Shown here: piece after piece, positions 41,158-50,194 of the stretch | Layout: every line of letters begins with the position of its first letter | How positions within the stretch are numbered: position 1 is the stretch's first letter | Origin: Candidatus Marinacidobacterales bacterium | GTDB taxonomy: Bacteria > Acidobacteriota > Vicinamibacteria > Marinacidobacterales > DATDRI01 | Direction of reading: 5' to 3' | NCBI GenBank assembly: GCA_965222425.1 | Contig: CBDCTW010000017.1 | Span: forward strand, 267,579 to 331,578 | DNA length: 64,000 nt | The notes under the pieces: model-generated | What the model saw: the letters and a program-made list of their open reading frames with translations, nothing else | The model's database searches: none | Told to the model about the DNA's origin: nothing | Position numbers and translations under genes: made by a program

Positions 41158-42547
41158 GGTGATGTCTTAAGATTCCTGTCAAAGAAAAACGATGTATGGT
41201 TCCCCAAGCTCAAACCCGTCCCCGCCATGGGGACAGAAAAGGAGAACCATACATCATGGGAAAGGTACTACCGAGTCAGCGATTGCTCAAGCAGTTCGAG
41301 GAACAACTGGTATTTGGGGAGATGAATCTCTCGGAGATCGTCCGGTCGGGAGCTCAGATGATGCTTCAATATGCGTTGGAGCGCGAGGTGACGGAGGCGT
41401 TGGGTCGAAACTACTATGAGAACGCTCCGGCAACGACGAAGGAGAAGGGACGACGCAACGGGTATGAGTCGCATCGGGTCCTCACGGGCGAGGGAGCGGT
41501 AACGGTGCAAGTGCCGCAGGTACGAGAAACAGAGAAGGTGTTTCAGTCAAAAATTCTCGACGCCTACGTGAGCCGGACCGAGAAATTCGATGAACTGATC
41601 GCGCGGATGTACGTCCACGGGATGTCGACGCGTGACATTGAGGCGACGTTCGCGGACGTGCTGAGCGGCACGGGTGTCTCGAAGTCGGTGGTGAGCCGGG
41701 TCACACGGTGTCTGTCGGAGGATTTCGAGGCGTTTCGAAAACGGGATCTCTCGAACGAGAAGCTGTTGTATCTCGAGCTCGACGGCACGTACCTGCGCTA
41801 CCACCAAGGAGCGGAGAGGAAAGAGCCCATCCTCGTTGCGACCGGCTATCGCGCTGATGGGACGCGAGTTCTTCTTCATATCGGTGTCGGCAACCGAGAA
41901 TCCTACGAGAACTGGAAGGGGTTCTTGCAGGAGATGGTGGCCCGAGGAATGAGGGAGCCGTTGCTCATCGTGACGGACGGGAATCCTGGAGTGCTCAAAG
42001 CGATCGCAGAGGTCTTCCCTCGAAGCCTCAAGCAACGTTGCCAGAAGCACCGCCTCGAGAACATCCTGGGCAAGGCTCCGAAGGAAGTGCGCGACGAACT
42101 CAAGGCGGCCATCCTTGAGTCGTTCCATGCGAACAGCTACGAGCAAGGGCTGAAGAAGGGTCGGGAGGTGATCGCTCGGTACCGCCAACGATTCCCGAGC
42201 GCGATGAAGTGCATGGAAGAGACCCTCGAAGCGTGTCTTCAGGCGCTACGCCTTCCTGCGGCGGATCACAAAAGGCTTCGCACGTCGAATCTACTTGAGC
42301 GCACGTTCGGAGAGCACAAACGTCGCACAAAGGTCATTCCTCACTTCTTCACCGAGGAGGCCGCGATGAAACTCTCGTTCGCTGTGCTCTTGGCCGTCGC
42401 AAACAAATGGCGCGGCGTGAGGATGGATGTCTTCGCCGCTAGGAAAGTCGAGGAGCTTCGCAACGAGCTTCTCCCGCAAGGCACGTCGGAGGAATCAGCA
42501 GCTTAACCGAGCGCGGGGAACCGTACGGAGATTTGACAGGAAAATTA
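41158..42547 (+). mobile_element. second IS256-family element (1390 bp) nested in the ISKra4-like transposase gene; perfect 8-bp TSD TTCTAGAT
   Basis: 26-bp imperfect TIRs GGTGATGTCTTAAGATTCCTGTCAAA / rc GGTCAAGTCTTAATTTTCCTGTCAAA. TTCTAGAT at 41150-41157 and 42548-42555. Removing element plus one TSD (1398 bp, multiple of 3) restores the host ORF. Confidence 0.85.
41256..42506 (+). CDS. IS256-family (mutator-type) transposase, apparently intact
   Basis: AAGGAG RBS. MSTRDIE, YLELDGTYL, ..RCQKHRLENI.., ..LRTSNLLERTFGEHKRRTKV motifs; divergent from the 3-copy element. Confidence 0.8.
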   Translation: MGKVLPSQRLLKQFEEQLVFGEMNLSEIVRSGAQMMLQYALEREVTEALGRNYYENAPATTKEKGRRNGYESHRVLTGEGAVTVQVPQVRETEKVFQSKILDAYVSRTEKFDELIARMYVHGMSTRDIEATFADVLSGTGVSKSVVSRVTRCLSEDFEAFRKRDLSNEKLLYLELDGTYLRYHQGAERKEPILVATGYRADGTRVLLHIGVGNRESYENWKGFLQEMVARGMREPLLIVTDGNPGVLKAIAEVFPRSLKQRCQKHRLENILGKAPKEVRDELKAAILESFHANSYEQGLKKGREVIARYRQRFPSAMKCMEETLEACLQALRLPAADHKRLRTSNLLERTFGEHKRRTKVIPHFFTEEAAMKLSFAVLLAVANKWRGVRMDVFAARKVEELRNELLPQGTSEESAA

Positions 42548-42555
42548 AGACTTGA

Positions 42556-43055
42556 CCTTCTAGATCTTGGCGCCCCTCGTCGAAGGGTTCCCTGCTGCCG
42601 ACGCGTCCCATGAGGCGCCGCACGCCGGGAGAGAAGGAGGTTGCCACGATGTCCAGCTCACGGTCCCTGGGAATACTGCCCTGCTGGCAGTCTGGACAGT
42701 GGTAATAGGCCCTTCGAAGCTCGACCTTCGAGAGGACGGTCCGGAGCGTCTTGCTTCGGTGGTCCACGAACGTGGCCAGGTGACCCTTGCCGCAGTCGAT
42801 CCGGTGACCTCGATACCCATCGTCCGCAGCGAGCAGCTTTTCCAGCAGGACACCACCCATCTCGTGCATCGAGTTCCGCACGGCCATCTCGGTTGCCTCG
42901 AGATCGACGCGGGCGGCTCGAGCGCTCCCGGGCACAACGCGTAAGAGCAAACGCTCTACTTCCCGTGCGAACTCCTCTTGGACGAGTTGCGTGAGGTTTT
43001 TTTTAACGCGGTCTTTTCCGAATCGGCTGCGGGCTCCTCGGGGCGCGCGTTGCAA
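42556..43055 (-). pseudogene. N-terminal part of the ISKra4-like transposase
   Basis: ..YYHCPDCQQG.. Cys-rich N-terminal region. Ends ..RQDLE at the nested-IS TSD. Confidence 0.55.
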
Positions 43056-43366
43056 ATCCCCTCGTTGACTTGCAGCAGCTGCTGGGTGAGGAACCGGAAG
43101 CGCTTATAGGTCTCGACCTCCCGCTCGATCTTGGCGAGCCGCGGCCCGGGGCGGAGTTGCAAGGTTTTGGTCTTGCCCTCGACCTTGGTGGTGAAAGCGT
43201 AATAGGGACCGTGGCCAGGATGCTTGCGCTCGGAGCAACAACAGCCGGACTTTCCACAGGAGCGGAAGACCTCTGTGATAGTGCCTCGACGCATGTCACC
43301 GAGCTCAGCGATCTGGCAAAGGATGGCTTCGCGCTGGGTCAGGAGTGGGGGAAGCAGGTCTGGCAT
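42956..43366 (-). CDS. small Cys-rich ORF at the 5' end of the ISKra4-like element (accessory ORF, function unknown)
   Basis: ..CGKSGCCCSERKHPGHGPYYAFTTKVEGK..; overlaps the transposase start by about 100 nt in another frame. Confidence 0.3.
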   Translation of the reverse strand: MPDLLPPLLTQREAILCQIAELGDMRRGTITEVFRSCGKSGCCCSERKHPGHGPYYAFTTKVEGKTKTLQLRPGPRLAKIEREVETYKRFRFLTQQLLQVNEGICNARPEEPAADSEKTALKKTSRNSSKRSSHGK

Positions 43367-43474
43367 GGGCGGTCCTCCCTCTGATAGTTACAATACTATC
43401 AGAACATCGCGCCTCACATGCACCCTTCCAAATCTACCTACTTTCATGACGCACACCCGTCGAAGATTTCACGC

Positions 43475-43504
43475 TTGACAGATCACCCCCGGATCCCATA
43501 TGAT
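43475..43504 (+). promoter_or_regulatory. sigma70-like promoter (TTGACA - 17 nt - ATATGA/TATGAT) directed toward leuB
   Basis: TTGACA 43475-43480, 17-nt spacer, TATGAT 43499-43504; 8 bp downstream of the IS TSD. Confidence 0.45.
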
Positions 43505-43708
43505 GACCGTGCCCGGCCTAGCTTAGTGAAATATGCATTGGTGTTCCTCTGTTGGGTTAATTCGACCGAGGGTCCACTTGAGGCCCGTAAAGCATAGTAT
43601 GCGGTGCCAATCCCGTCCAACGATCGAAGCCGCAATATCTGTCCGCTACATCTTTATCCACGTCCCTAACAACTCCACATAGTCTCTCGGTTCTTGACAG
43701 GGGGTTCG

Positions 43709-43737
43709 GGGGGCGCCTCGCGCGCCCCCTTTTTTTT
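43709..43737 (+). terminator. intrinsic terminator-like hairpin (8-bp GC stem GGGGGCGC/GCGCCCCC, loop CTCGC, T8) 36 nt upstream of the leuB start
   Basis: Perfect stem 43709-43716 / 43722-43729 followed by TTTTTTTT 43730-43737. Confidence 0.6.
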
Positions 43738-43773
43738 GATCGGAAACCGCTCTCGCCGGTTATAAAGGAGACC

Positions 43774-44844
43774 ATGAAGCTCGAAATAACAGTCCTTCCA
43801 GGAGACGGCATCGGTCCCGAAGTCACGACAGAGGCCATCCGTGTGCTCGAAGCTGTGGCGAGTCGTTTCGGCCATCAGATCGTAGCGCAGGAATACCCAT
43901 TTGGAACCCGCGCCTACGCCCAGTTCGGCAAAGCCTTCCCCGACGAGACGCGAAAGGCTTGTCTCGACAGCCAGGCGGTGTTCCTGGGCGCGGTGGGAGA
44001 TCCCGCCTATGGCAAGTTCCCCCCCGGTGAGCGCCCGGAGGCGGCCCTGCTGGAGCTGCGGCGCCAACTCGGTAATTTCGCCAACCTTCGCCCCATCGTG
44101 TCGCAATTCAATCCCGAGGGCTCGCCGTTTCGCGATGAAGCGCTGAAGGGCTTGGACGTTCTCATCGTCAGAGAGCTTATCGGCGGTTTGTACTTCGGCG
44201 AGCCGCGGGGAAGGGAAGGGGATGGAGCGGGGGCCCGCGCTTGGAACACCCTAGTTTACACGGCCGAAGAGGTCGAGAGGATCACTCGGGTCGCTTTCGA
44301 GGCCGCCACGGGGCGGAAGGGGCACGTCACTTCGGTGGACAAAGCCAACGTGCTCGAGACGTACAAGATGTGGCGGGAGGTCGTCGAATCCGTCGGTAAA
44401 GACTATCTGGAAGTCCGGCTCGATCATATGTACGTCGATCGGGCAGCGATGGAGCTCATCTCGAACCCCCGGCAGTTCGACGTCATGGTGACGGGCAATC
44501 TATTCGGCGACATCTTGAGCGACGAGGCGTCGGTGTTGGCCGGCTCTTTGGGGCTTCTGCCTTCGGCAAGTATCGGGGGCAAGGTCGGGATCTACGAGCC
44601 CGTGCACGGCTCCGCTCCCGACATCGCCGGAAGAGGAATCGCGAATCCCATCGGTGCCATCGGTTCGATGGCGATGATGCTCCGCTACTCTTTTGATTTG
44701 AATGAGGAGGCCGCCGCCATAGACGGAGCGATCACGGCTGCCATGGACAAGGGCTTCTTGACCGCCGACCTGGTGGGCTCGGATGCGGCCAAGTCCACGA
44801 AGGTGGTAGGTGGTTTCATCGCGGATGCCGTCTCCGGGGATTAG
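43774..44844 (+). CDS. leuB: 3-isopropylmalate dehydrogenase
   Basis: MKLEITVLPGDGIGPEV.., full-length isocitrate/isopropylmalate dehydrogenase fold, AAGGAG RBS. Confidence 0.95.
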   Translation: MKLEITVLPGDGIGPEVTTEAIRVLEAVASRFGHQIVAQEYPFGTRAYAQFGKAFPDETRKACLDSQAVFLGAVGDPAYGKFPPGERPEAALLELRRQLGNFANLRPIVSQFNPEGSPFRDEALKGLDVLIVRELIGGLYFGEPRGREGDGAGARAWNTLVYTAEEVERITRVAFEAATGRKGHVTSVDKANVLETYKMWREVVESVGKDYLEVRLDHMYVDRAAMELISNPRQFDVMVTGNLFGDILSDEASVLAGSLGLLPSASIGGKVGIYEPVHGSAPDIAGRGIANPIGAIGSMAMMLRYSFDLNEEAAAIDGAITAAMDKGFLTADLVGSDAAKSTKVVGGFIADAVSGD

Positions 44845-44862
44845 CCCCAGATTCTAAAGACA

Positions 44863-45381
44863 CTAAGTCTCAGACCGCGGCTTATTCTCGGCCGCTTCCC
44901 GTTTCAGAGAGTCCTGCGCCCTGAGCTTGGCGTCGATGAAATCCGAGTGGCGGACGTGAATGAGCTTGGCGACCTTTCGGATGAGATGCTCTTCGTGCTT
45001 TTCGAGCTCGGCGTCGCTGAGCGCCACGCGCCAAAGCAGCTCCACGACGTGTTTTTTCTGTTCCAAGGCAAAGCCACGATCGATGAGCCGTGTGAAGTCG
45101 TAGATCGATACCGACTGCCGCGACTCCTCATCGGCGAGACCAATGAGCTCCGCGGTCTCCTCCGGTGATAGATCGAAAGTGCGCCGGATCGCTTCTCCCA
45201 CCATGCGTCGCTCGCTCTCTTCGACCTTGAAGTCGGCGCGCGTCATCTCGATCAGCAGCGCGGCGGTTGCAAGTTGCAGAGAGTGCTCCGAGCCGGTCGA
45301 GTCCGGAGAACCTGTTCGCCCACTACTCGTGGCGGGTTGAATTCTGGTATCGAAAAACTGCTGTATCGCCTTTAGTACCAT
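44863..45381 (-). CDS. TerB-like (tellurite-resistance TerB family) protein
   Basis: 172 aa, TerB-type helical domain (..LLIEMTRADFKVEESERRMV..). Confidence 0.55.
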   Translation of the reverse strand: MVLKAIQQFFDTRIQPATSSGRTGSPDSTGSEHSLQLATAALLIEMTRADFKVEESERRMVGEAIRRTFDLSPEETAELIGLADEESRQSVSIYDFTRLIDRGFALEQKKHVVELLWRVALSDAELEKHEEHLIRKVAKLIHVRHSDFIDAKLRAQDSLKREAAENKPRSET

Positions 45382-45407
45382 CTCTTATTTGGACTCTGGG
45401 CCATCAT

Positions 45408-45725
45408 CTAGATCTGGGTCGGCGCGTTCTGCGTTGCTCGAGGCTCGAAGAAGTACAGGGTGAGCGCGCCCAGGCCCCACAAGCATACCGCTAGATCCGC
45501 CAGCCACCCAACGAACGGAACCAACCACACGACGTGGATCAGGGCCAGCCCCAGGGCGAGCCTTCCGATGGCGTCGCCTTGCCCTACCGGCGGCCCCAGG
45601 AGCTCTCGTCCCAGCCACGCTCCAACGAAGACCTGCGCCGAATAGACGGCTGCGACGTAAGCCACGAAGGCGAGGATTCCAACCGGGAGTCCGACCAGCG
45701 TCAGGCAGATCATCGTCGCGATCAC
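45408..45725 (-). CDS. small integral membrane protein (3 predicted TM helices)
   Basis: Hydrophobic 105-aa ORF; start overlaps the stop of the upstream C39-like gene (ATGA). Confidence 0.4.
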   Translation of the reverse strand: MIATMICLTLVGLPVGILAFVAYVAAVYSAQVFVGAWLGRELLGPPVGQGDAIGRLALGLALIHVVWLVPFVGWLADLAVCLWGLGALTLYFFEPRATQNAPTQI

Positions 45726-46375
45726 TGGAACGGCGACGAGGGCGGCGGCACCGATTCCGATCGATAGGCCGTACCTCGGTATTCGGCGAGCACGCCGGCG
45801 ACCAGTCTTGCCAAAGCCTTCCAGTCCGGATCAGCAGATGCTTGTTCGATCAGATCGCGTGAAGTGTTTTTTTGAACCTTCAGGGCATCGAGCCTCGACT
45901 CGATGGCGCCTCGCGCCTCGTCGGATCCCGACCACTCACGCCAGGCGGCGGCTGGGACCCGCATGGTGTGCTCGTAGAGCTCCTGCAAGAACCGTGTCTC
46001 GGAGATCCATCTTCGTCCGAACGCAGGATCCATGATTTGCACGAGTCGACCGTGGCGACTCCACACGATGACAAAATGCGCCGCACCGTTCGGCAGCTCG
46101 GCTACCGCCAAAGCGAGTAGGGCATGCGCCGCCGGCAAGAGAACGTGATCGGCCGGCACCAAGATCTGTTCCGCTTCAAGCCCGAGCTCGACGGCTACGT
46201 TTTCCAAGGTGTCGATGGAGGTGCCGTCGACATCGGTTTGGCAGGCTTCTCGCAGACGGCCGTAGCTAACGGGAAGCGCGAAGCCGTCCAACAAGCTCTT
46301 GAGGGCGGCCGGTCCGCAGTCCATCGCGGACGACTGGACGACCTCCGGCGCGAAGAAACGATGCCGTGTGCGCAA
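45722..46375 (-). CDS. stand-alone papain-like C39 peptidase-domain protein
   Basis: SAMDCGPAALKSLLDGFALPVSYGRLRE..GTSIDTLENVAVELGL (Cys motif) and ..AHFVIVW.. (His). No fused ABC transporter. Confidence 0.55.
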   Translation of the reverse strand: MRTRHRFFAPEVVQSSAMDCGPAALKSLLDGFALPVSYGRLREACQTDVDGTSIDTLENVAVELGLEAEQILVPADHVLLPAAHALLALAVAELPNGAAHFVIVWSRHGRLVQIMDPAFGRRWISETRFLQELYEHTMRVPAAAWREWSGSDEARGAIESRLDALKVQKNTSRDLIEQASADPDWKALARLVAGVLAEYRGTAYRSESVPPPSSPFQ

Positions 46376-46386
46376 AGTCCGGAGCC

Positions 46387-46827
46387 TCAGTCGCGCCCGA
46401 TGGAACGAAGTAGGAGCGACGAGGGTGTGACGCGTTCGACTTCGATCTCGACCCTCCCTCGAAAGTGGTTTTGGTTCGATGGAAGTGGACCGGCATCTTC
46501 GTCAACGGTGAGCTCGACTCGCGTTTTTCCGTCACCGCCGGAAACCGGCTCGCTATCGACTCGAGTTACCGTCGCGGGCAGCGCACGTGCGCCCGTCAAC
46601 CGAACCCACGCTCTCTACTTGGGTCTGACGTCTGCCGCTTCACAGGCATCGAGCTCCGCGATAATTTTTGTCGAAGGGCCGTTTGCATTCAGAGAGAAGG
46701 TGTCGGTAACCGCATACAACGGGACCGTCGCCAGAAAGAACCAAGCACCCCACGCTCCAAGCAGCGGCGCAGCAATGAGCAAGGCGGCTAGAGTGAAACG
46801 AAACCCGTCGCGTTCGAGCGAGCGCAT
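46387..46827 (-). pseudogene. small membrane-anchored protein with an in-frame TAG (46615-46617)
   Basis: MRSLERDGFRFTLAALLIAAPLLGAWGAWFFLATVPLY..DVRPK*RAWVRLTGARALPATVTRVDSEPVSGGDGKTRVELTVDED..: track ORFs 46615-46962 and 46387-46599 are in the same frame. Confidence 0.3.
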
Positions 46828-46951
46828 CGAGCGGCAAAGTTGGCGGACATGAAGCGAAACGCTAATGTAGCACAGTCTCGCTGCTTTGCTCTGTGGTCGC
46901 CCTATGACTATGATGCCCTGTGATCTTGTCAGCCTGTAAGGAGGAAGGTTC

Positions 46952-48184
46952 TTGAGCCGCAAACGCCGTTGGGTCTGGAAATTGCTCGCCGTTTTGCTCG
47001 TCGGTCTCTTTGGATTCGGTGCCTACACCCTAGATCGGATGGCGCTCTCGTATCTCACGGGACAGCGCCGTGTTCCGGGTCGAGACTTCTTTGGAGCCAC
47101 GGTTCGGGATGGTGGTCCGGTGCCGGGCTTCGCCTTTCTGGGTTGGACCCAACGTTCAGAGAATCCCGAAGGAGTCAAGATCCTCCGACCTTGGGAGTCG
47201 GGACGGGAGATCGGGCTGCGCTCCGGCGACGTGATCACTCGTGTCGATGGCACTCTGCTTCTGGACGGCAGGGACCTTCACAGTGTGTTCCTCACCGAGT
47301 ACGAGGCGGGCGATGCCGTGTCGCTGACCGTGGAGAGAGAAGCGGAGCCCTCTCGGGACGTTCAGTTAGTGCTCAAACCGTTTCTCCGAAACCCGGGAGA
47401 CCTGGGGCTCCCCTACGAGGACGTCGAGGTTGCCTCGTCGAGCGGTTTCAATCTCCAAGGTTGGTTCATTCCGCCTCCGGAAGGAAGCGATGGACGAGTC
47501 GGAGTCTTCGTGCATGGCGCGAAATCATCGCGGTTCCAAGGATTAGAAGGCGCCAAGCACTGGTATCGTCGCGGGTATGGTCTTCTTACTATGGATTTGA
47601 GCGGCCGCGGAACGAGTGAAGGTGATTTCGTGACGTATACCGTGAACGAGCGTCTCGACGTCGCCAGCATGACCAAGTGGATCCGCCAGCAGGAGTTGGT
47701 CCGGCCGGACGCGGTGGTGATCTTTGGAACCTCGAACGGTGCGGCATCTGCCATCTTTGCCGCGGCAGAGGATCCCGCGCTCGCCGCTTTGGCTCTCGAC
47801 GCGCCTTACTCGGACCTTTGGGCCGCCGCCGGTGAAATGCTGGGGTCGCGAGGGGTGAGCATGTGGTTCCGCTATCCGCTCAGCTTGGCGGTCCGTTGGC
47901 GTGCCGGCATCGATCTAAAGAGCATACGTCCGGCCGACGTCATTACCCAGATTCAGGCCCCGGTGTTGTTCCTTCACGGCGACGCCGACGATCAGGTGCC
48001 GCCGTACCACTCCGAGCTTCTCGACGATCTTCGCCGCGAAGCGAGCCTTCCAAGTGAGCGATGGGTGTTGCCGGGCGGCGAGCATGGTTTCGACAAGTAC
48101 CCGCCCCCGGGCATCTTCTGGAATCGAGTCCTGGACTTTTTCGACGCCGCCCTGGGGGGCGCGCCGGCTGATTTGACGCTTTAG
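46952..48184 (+). CDS. membrane-anchored PDZ-domain alpha/beta-hydrolase
   Basis: N-terminal TM. PDZ (GLRSGDVITRVDG..AGDAVSLTVER). GTSNGAASA (GxSxG) and DLH/S9-like C-terminus. Confidence 0.75.
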   Translation: MSRKRRWVWKLLAVLLVGLFGFGAYTLDRMALSYLTGQRRVPGRDFFGATVRDGGPVPGFAFLGWTQRSENPEGVKILRPWESGREIGLRSGDVITRVDGTLLLDGRDLHSVFLTEYEAGDAVSLTVEREAEPSRDVQLVLKPFLRNPGDLGLPYEDVEVASSSGFNLQGWFIPPPEGSDGRVGVFVHGAKSSRFQGLEGAKHWYRRGYGLLTMDLSGRGTSEGDFVTYTVNERLDVASMTKWIRQQELVRPDAVVIFGTSNGAASAIFAAAEDPALAALALDAPYSDLWAAAGEMLGSRGVSMWFRYPLSLAVRWRAGIDLKSIRPADVITQIQAPVLFLHGDADDQVPPYHSELLDDLRREASLPSERWVLPGGEHGFDKYPPPGIFWNRVLDFFDAALGGAPADLTL

Positions 48185-48367
48185 GTTCTGTGATTCGTTT
48201 TTCCGGTCCAATGTAGGGGCGCAATGGGAGTTGGAGCGGCGAACTAGTTTTTCCCGTCCAAACCCGTGGAAGGCAGCCCGGATCCTTCGTCTCTAGAGAA
48301 GTCGACGCCCCGTGTGAAGGTTCATAACACACGACGACCGTCGATTCGCCGAGGCTAAGCCGAGAAG

Positions 48368-48835
48368 CTAGGCGGCTTTGCGGGTCAGAACCGGCAGCAG
48401 CCTGTCCGCGTCGAGATAGGCGATCTCAAAAGGCGAATCGACGGGTCCTTCGCGAGGTCGTGCTCGAGGAGGAGGGACGGCGGTCCAGTGAGCTGGAGTG
48501 TGACCGAAGTGGATTTCGGCCGGTGTCGCCCCTCCCAAACCCTGGTGCGGTCTCAGGTAGGTGTAGTAGTAAAGCCCGAGATGGAGCCGTTGTTGGAGAT
48601 CGGCCTTGACCAAGGGTTTTAAAGAGCGAAGTTTCAACGCGTCTTTGAGTGTTCTCCAGAGTCTTTCGATGATCGCAATGGAGCCGTACTTACCGATGGC
48701 ACCGAAGCGCTGCCGCGCGCCGAGCCGGCGAAGGGATTTGCGAAATCGCTTCGCCGTGAACTGCTTTCCCTTATCGGAGGCGAAGTGTTGGGGAGGACCG
48801 AACCGGTGGACCGTGGTTCGGAGCAACCGGGTCAT
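48368..48835 (-). pseudogene. IS3-family integrase-core (rve) C-terminal remnant, truncated by the IS481-like element
   Basis: ..[51 protein letters not shown].. from the second catalytic Asp onward. Confidence 0.55.
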
Positions 48836-48915
48836 GTCTCGTGCGGAGGGCGTTTGGTGCAAAAACTCGGCCGGGCACCCGATGCAGCCGCAAGTGGCTT
48901 CCGCTACGATGCTTT

Positions 48916-49989
48916 GCAATGAGCACATTCGTCTCGCCTCAACTCTTCCTGGTCTCCCTCTTGGCGCGCTGGCTGAACCAAGAGCAGCAGAAAATCCTTG
49001 AATTCCTCCAAGAGGAAAACCGCGTTTTGAAAGAGCAGCCCGGTGCGCGGCTCTACTTCAGTGATGACCAACGCCGCCGGCTCGCGGCGAAGGGCAAGGA
49101 GCTTGGCCGGAAACTGCTTGAGGAAGTGGCAACTCTGGTCACTCCGGACACGATCCTTCGATGGCACCGGCAGCTCATCGCGCGGAAATGGACATACCCT
49201 CGCCGTTAAACGGGACGTCCGCCGGTCTCGCGGAAAATAGAAGAGCTGGTCGTTCGCATGGCGACGGCAAATCCGCGCTGGGGTTACGACCGAATCCAAG
49301 GAGCTTTGGCCAACCTCGGGCACACGATCGCTCCGAATACGGTGAAGCGCATCCTGAAAGACCACGCCGTCGAGCCCGCGCCTGTGCGACGGGGGAAAAC
49401 GACGTGGAGCCAGTTCTTGAGTACCCATTGGGACACGCTAGCCGGTGCCGACTTCTTCACCACCGAAATCTGGACTCCCATGGGTCTGGTCACCTTCTAC
49501 GTCTTCTTCGTTATTCAACTGAGGACTCGTCGCGTTCATATCTCGTCGCCGACACCCAACCCGGATCGATTCTTTATGAAGCAAGTGGGGCTCGATATCA
49601 CCGCATTCGACGATAGCTTTATCCAAGGCTACTCGCACCTCATCATCGACCGAGATTCGAAATATACAACGGAGTTCCGGGAGATCCTGCAGGAAAACGA
49701 CGTCGGCGTCGTCCTGATTCCTCCAAAATCTCCGAACTGCAATCCTCACGCGGAGCGATTCGTGCGGTCGATCAAAGAGGAGTGCCTCGACCGCATGATC
49801 TTGTTTAGCCGGAATGCGCTGGAACGCGCTCTCCGCGAATACGGTCGCCATTATCTTCGAGAGCGGAATCACCAAGGCCTCGGAAACAGCCTAATCGAAT
49901 CGATTCCACACGCTTCGGATGGGCCCACCGTCGCATGTAGCGAACGACTCGGTGGGCTCCTGCGATACTACTACCGTTGCGCTGCCTGA
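48916..49989 (+). pseudogene. IS481-like (rve-superfamily) transposase with an in-frame TAA at 49207-49209
   Basis: N-terminal HTH/coiled region ..[44 protein letters not shown] then the same frame continues TGRPPVSRKIEELVVRMATANPRWGYDRIQGAL..HLIIDRDSKYTTEF..NPHAERFVRSIKEECL.. Confidence 0.65.
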
Positions 49990-50194
49990 AACGACCCAAC
50001 CGATCACCTGCTCGGCCCGTCTTTGTTGTCGTGTCCCTCGTCGCGATCGCGTGTCGACTCGATGAGCGGTGGTCAGCCTTGATTGGTAACGTCGTCGCGA
50101 TTTTCGCCAGCTTCACGTCCCAGTCGATCGTCGACGCGCCGACGCAATTCTTGCACTTTACGGGTTACCACCAACGAAGTCTGGAAAGACTGAG

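Larger units (their letters stand above)
40222..43458 (-). mobile_element. ISKra4/ISNCY-like insertion sequence (about 1.85 kb native) carrying a nested IS256-family element; 9-bp TSD GTCGAAGAT
   Basis: TIR GGGTGTGCGTCAT (40222-40234) and its reverse complement at 43446-43458. GTCGAAGAT at 40213-40221 and 43459-43467. DDE transposase split into 42556-43055 and 40250-41149. Confidence 0.7.

Noticed and set aside
43505-43705. Leu-rich leader peptide or T-box in the leuB leader
   Set aside because: The three small ORFs in the leader contain no runs of Leu codons, and no T-box consensus (AGGGUGGNACCGCG) is present.
46124-46852. 242-aa + strand ORF
   Set aside because: Antisense to the C39-peptidase-like gene and its upstream small gene; no motifs.
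2329-49209. Possibility that TAG/TAA in-frame stops reflect a reassigned genetic code
   Set aside because: TAG terminates clearly intact essential genes here (leuB 44842-44844, ilvC 58046-58048, kinase 19124-19126), so it is a functional stop; the in-frame stops are nonsense mutations.
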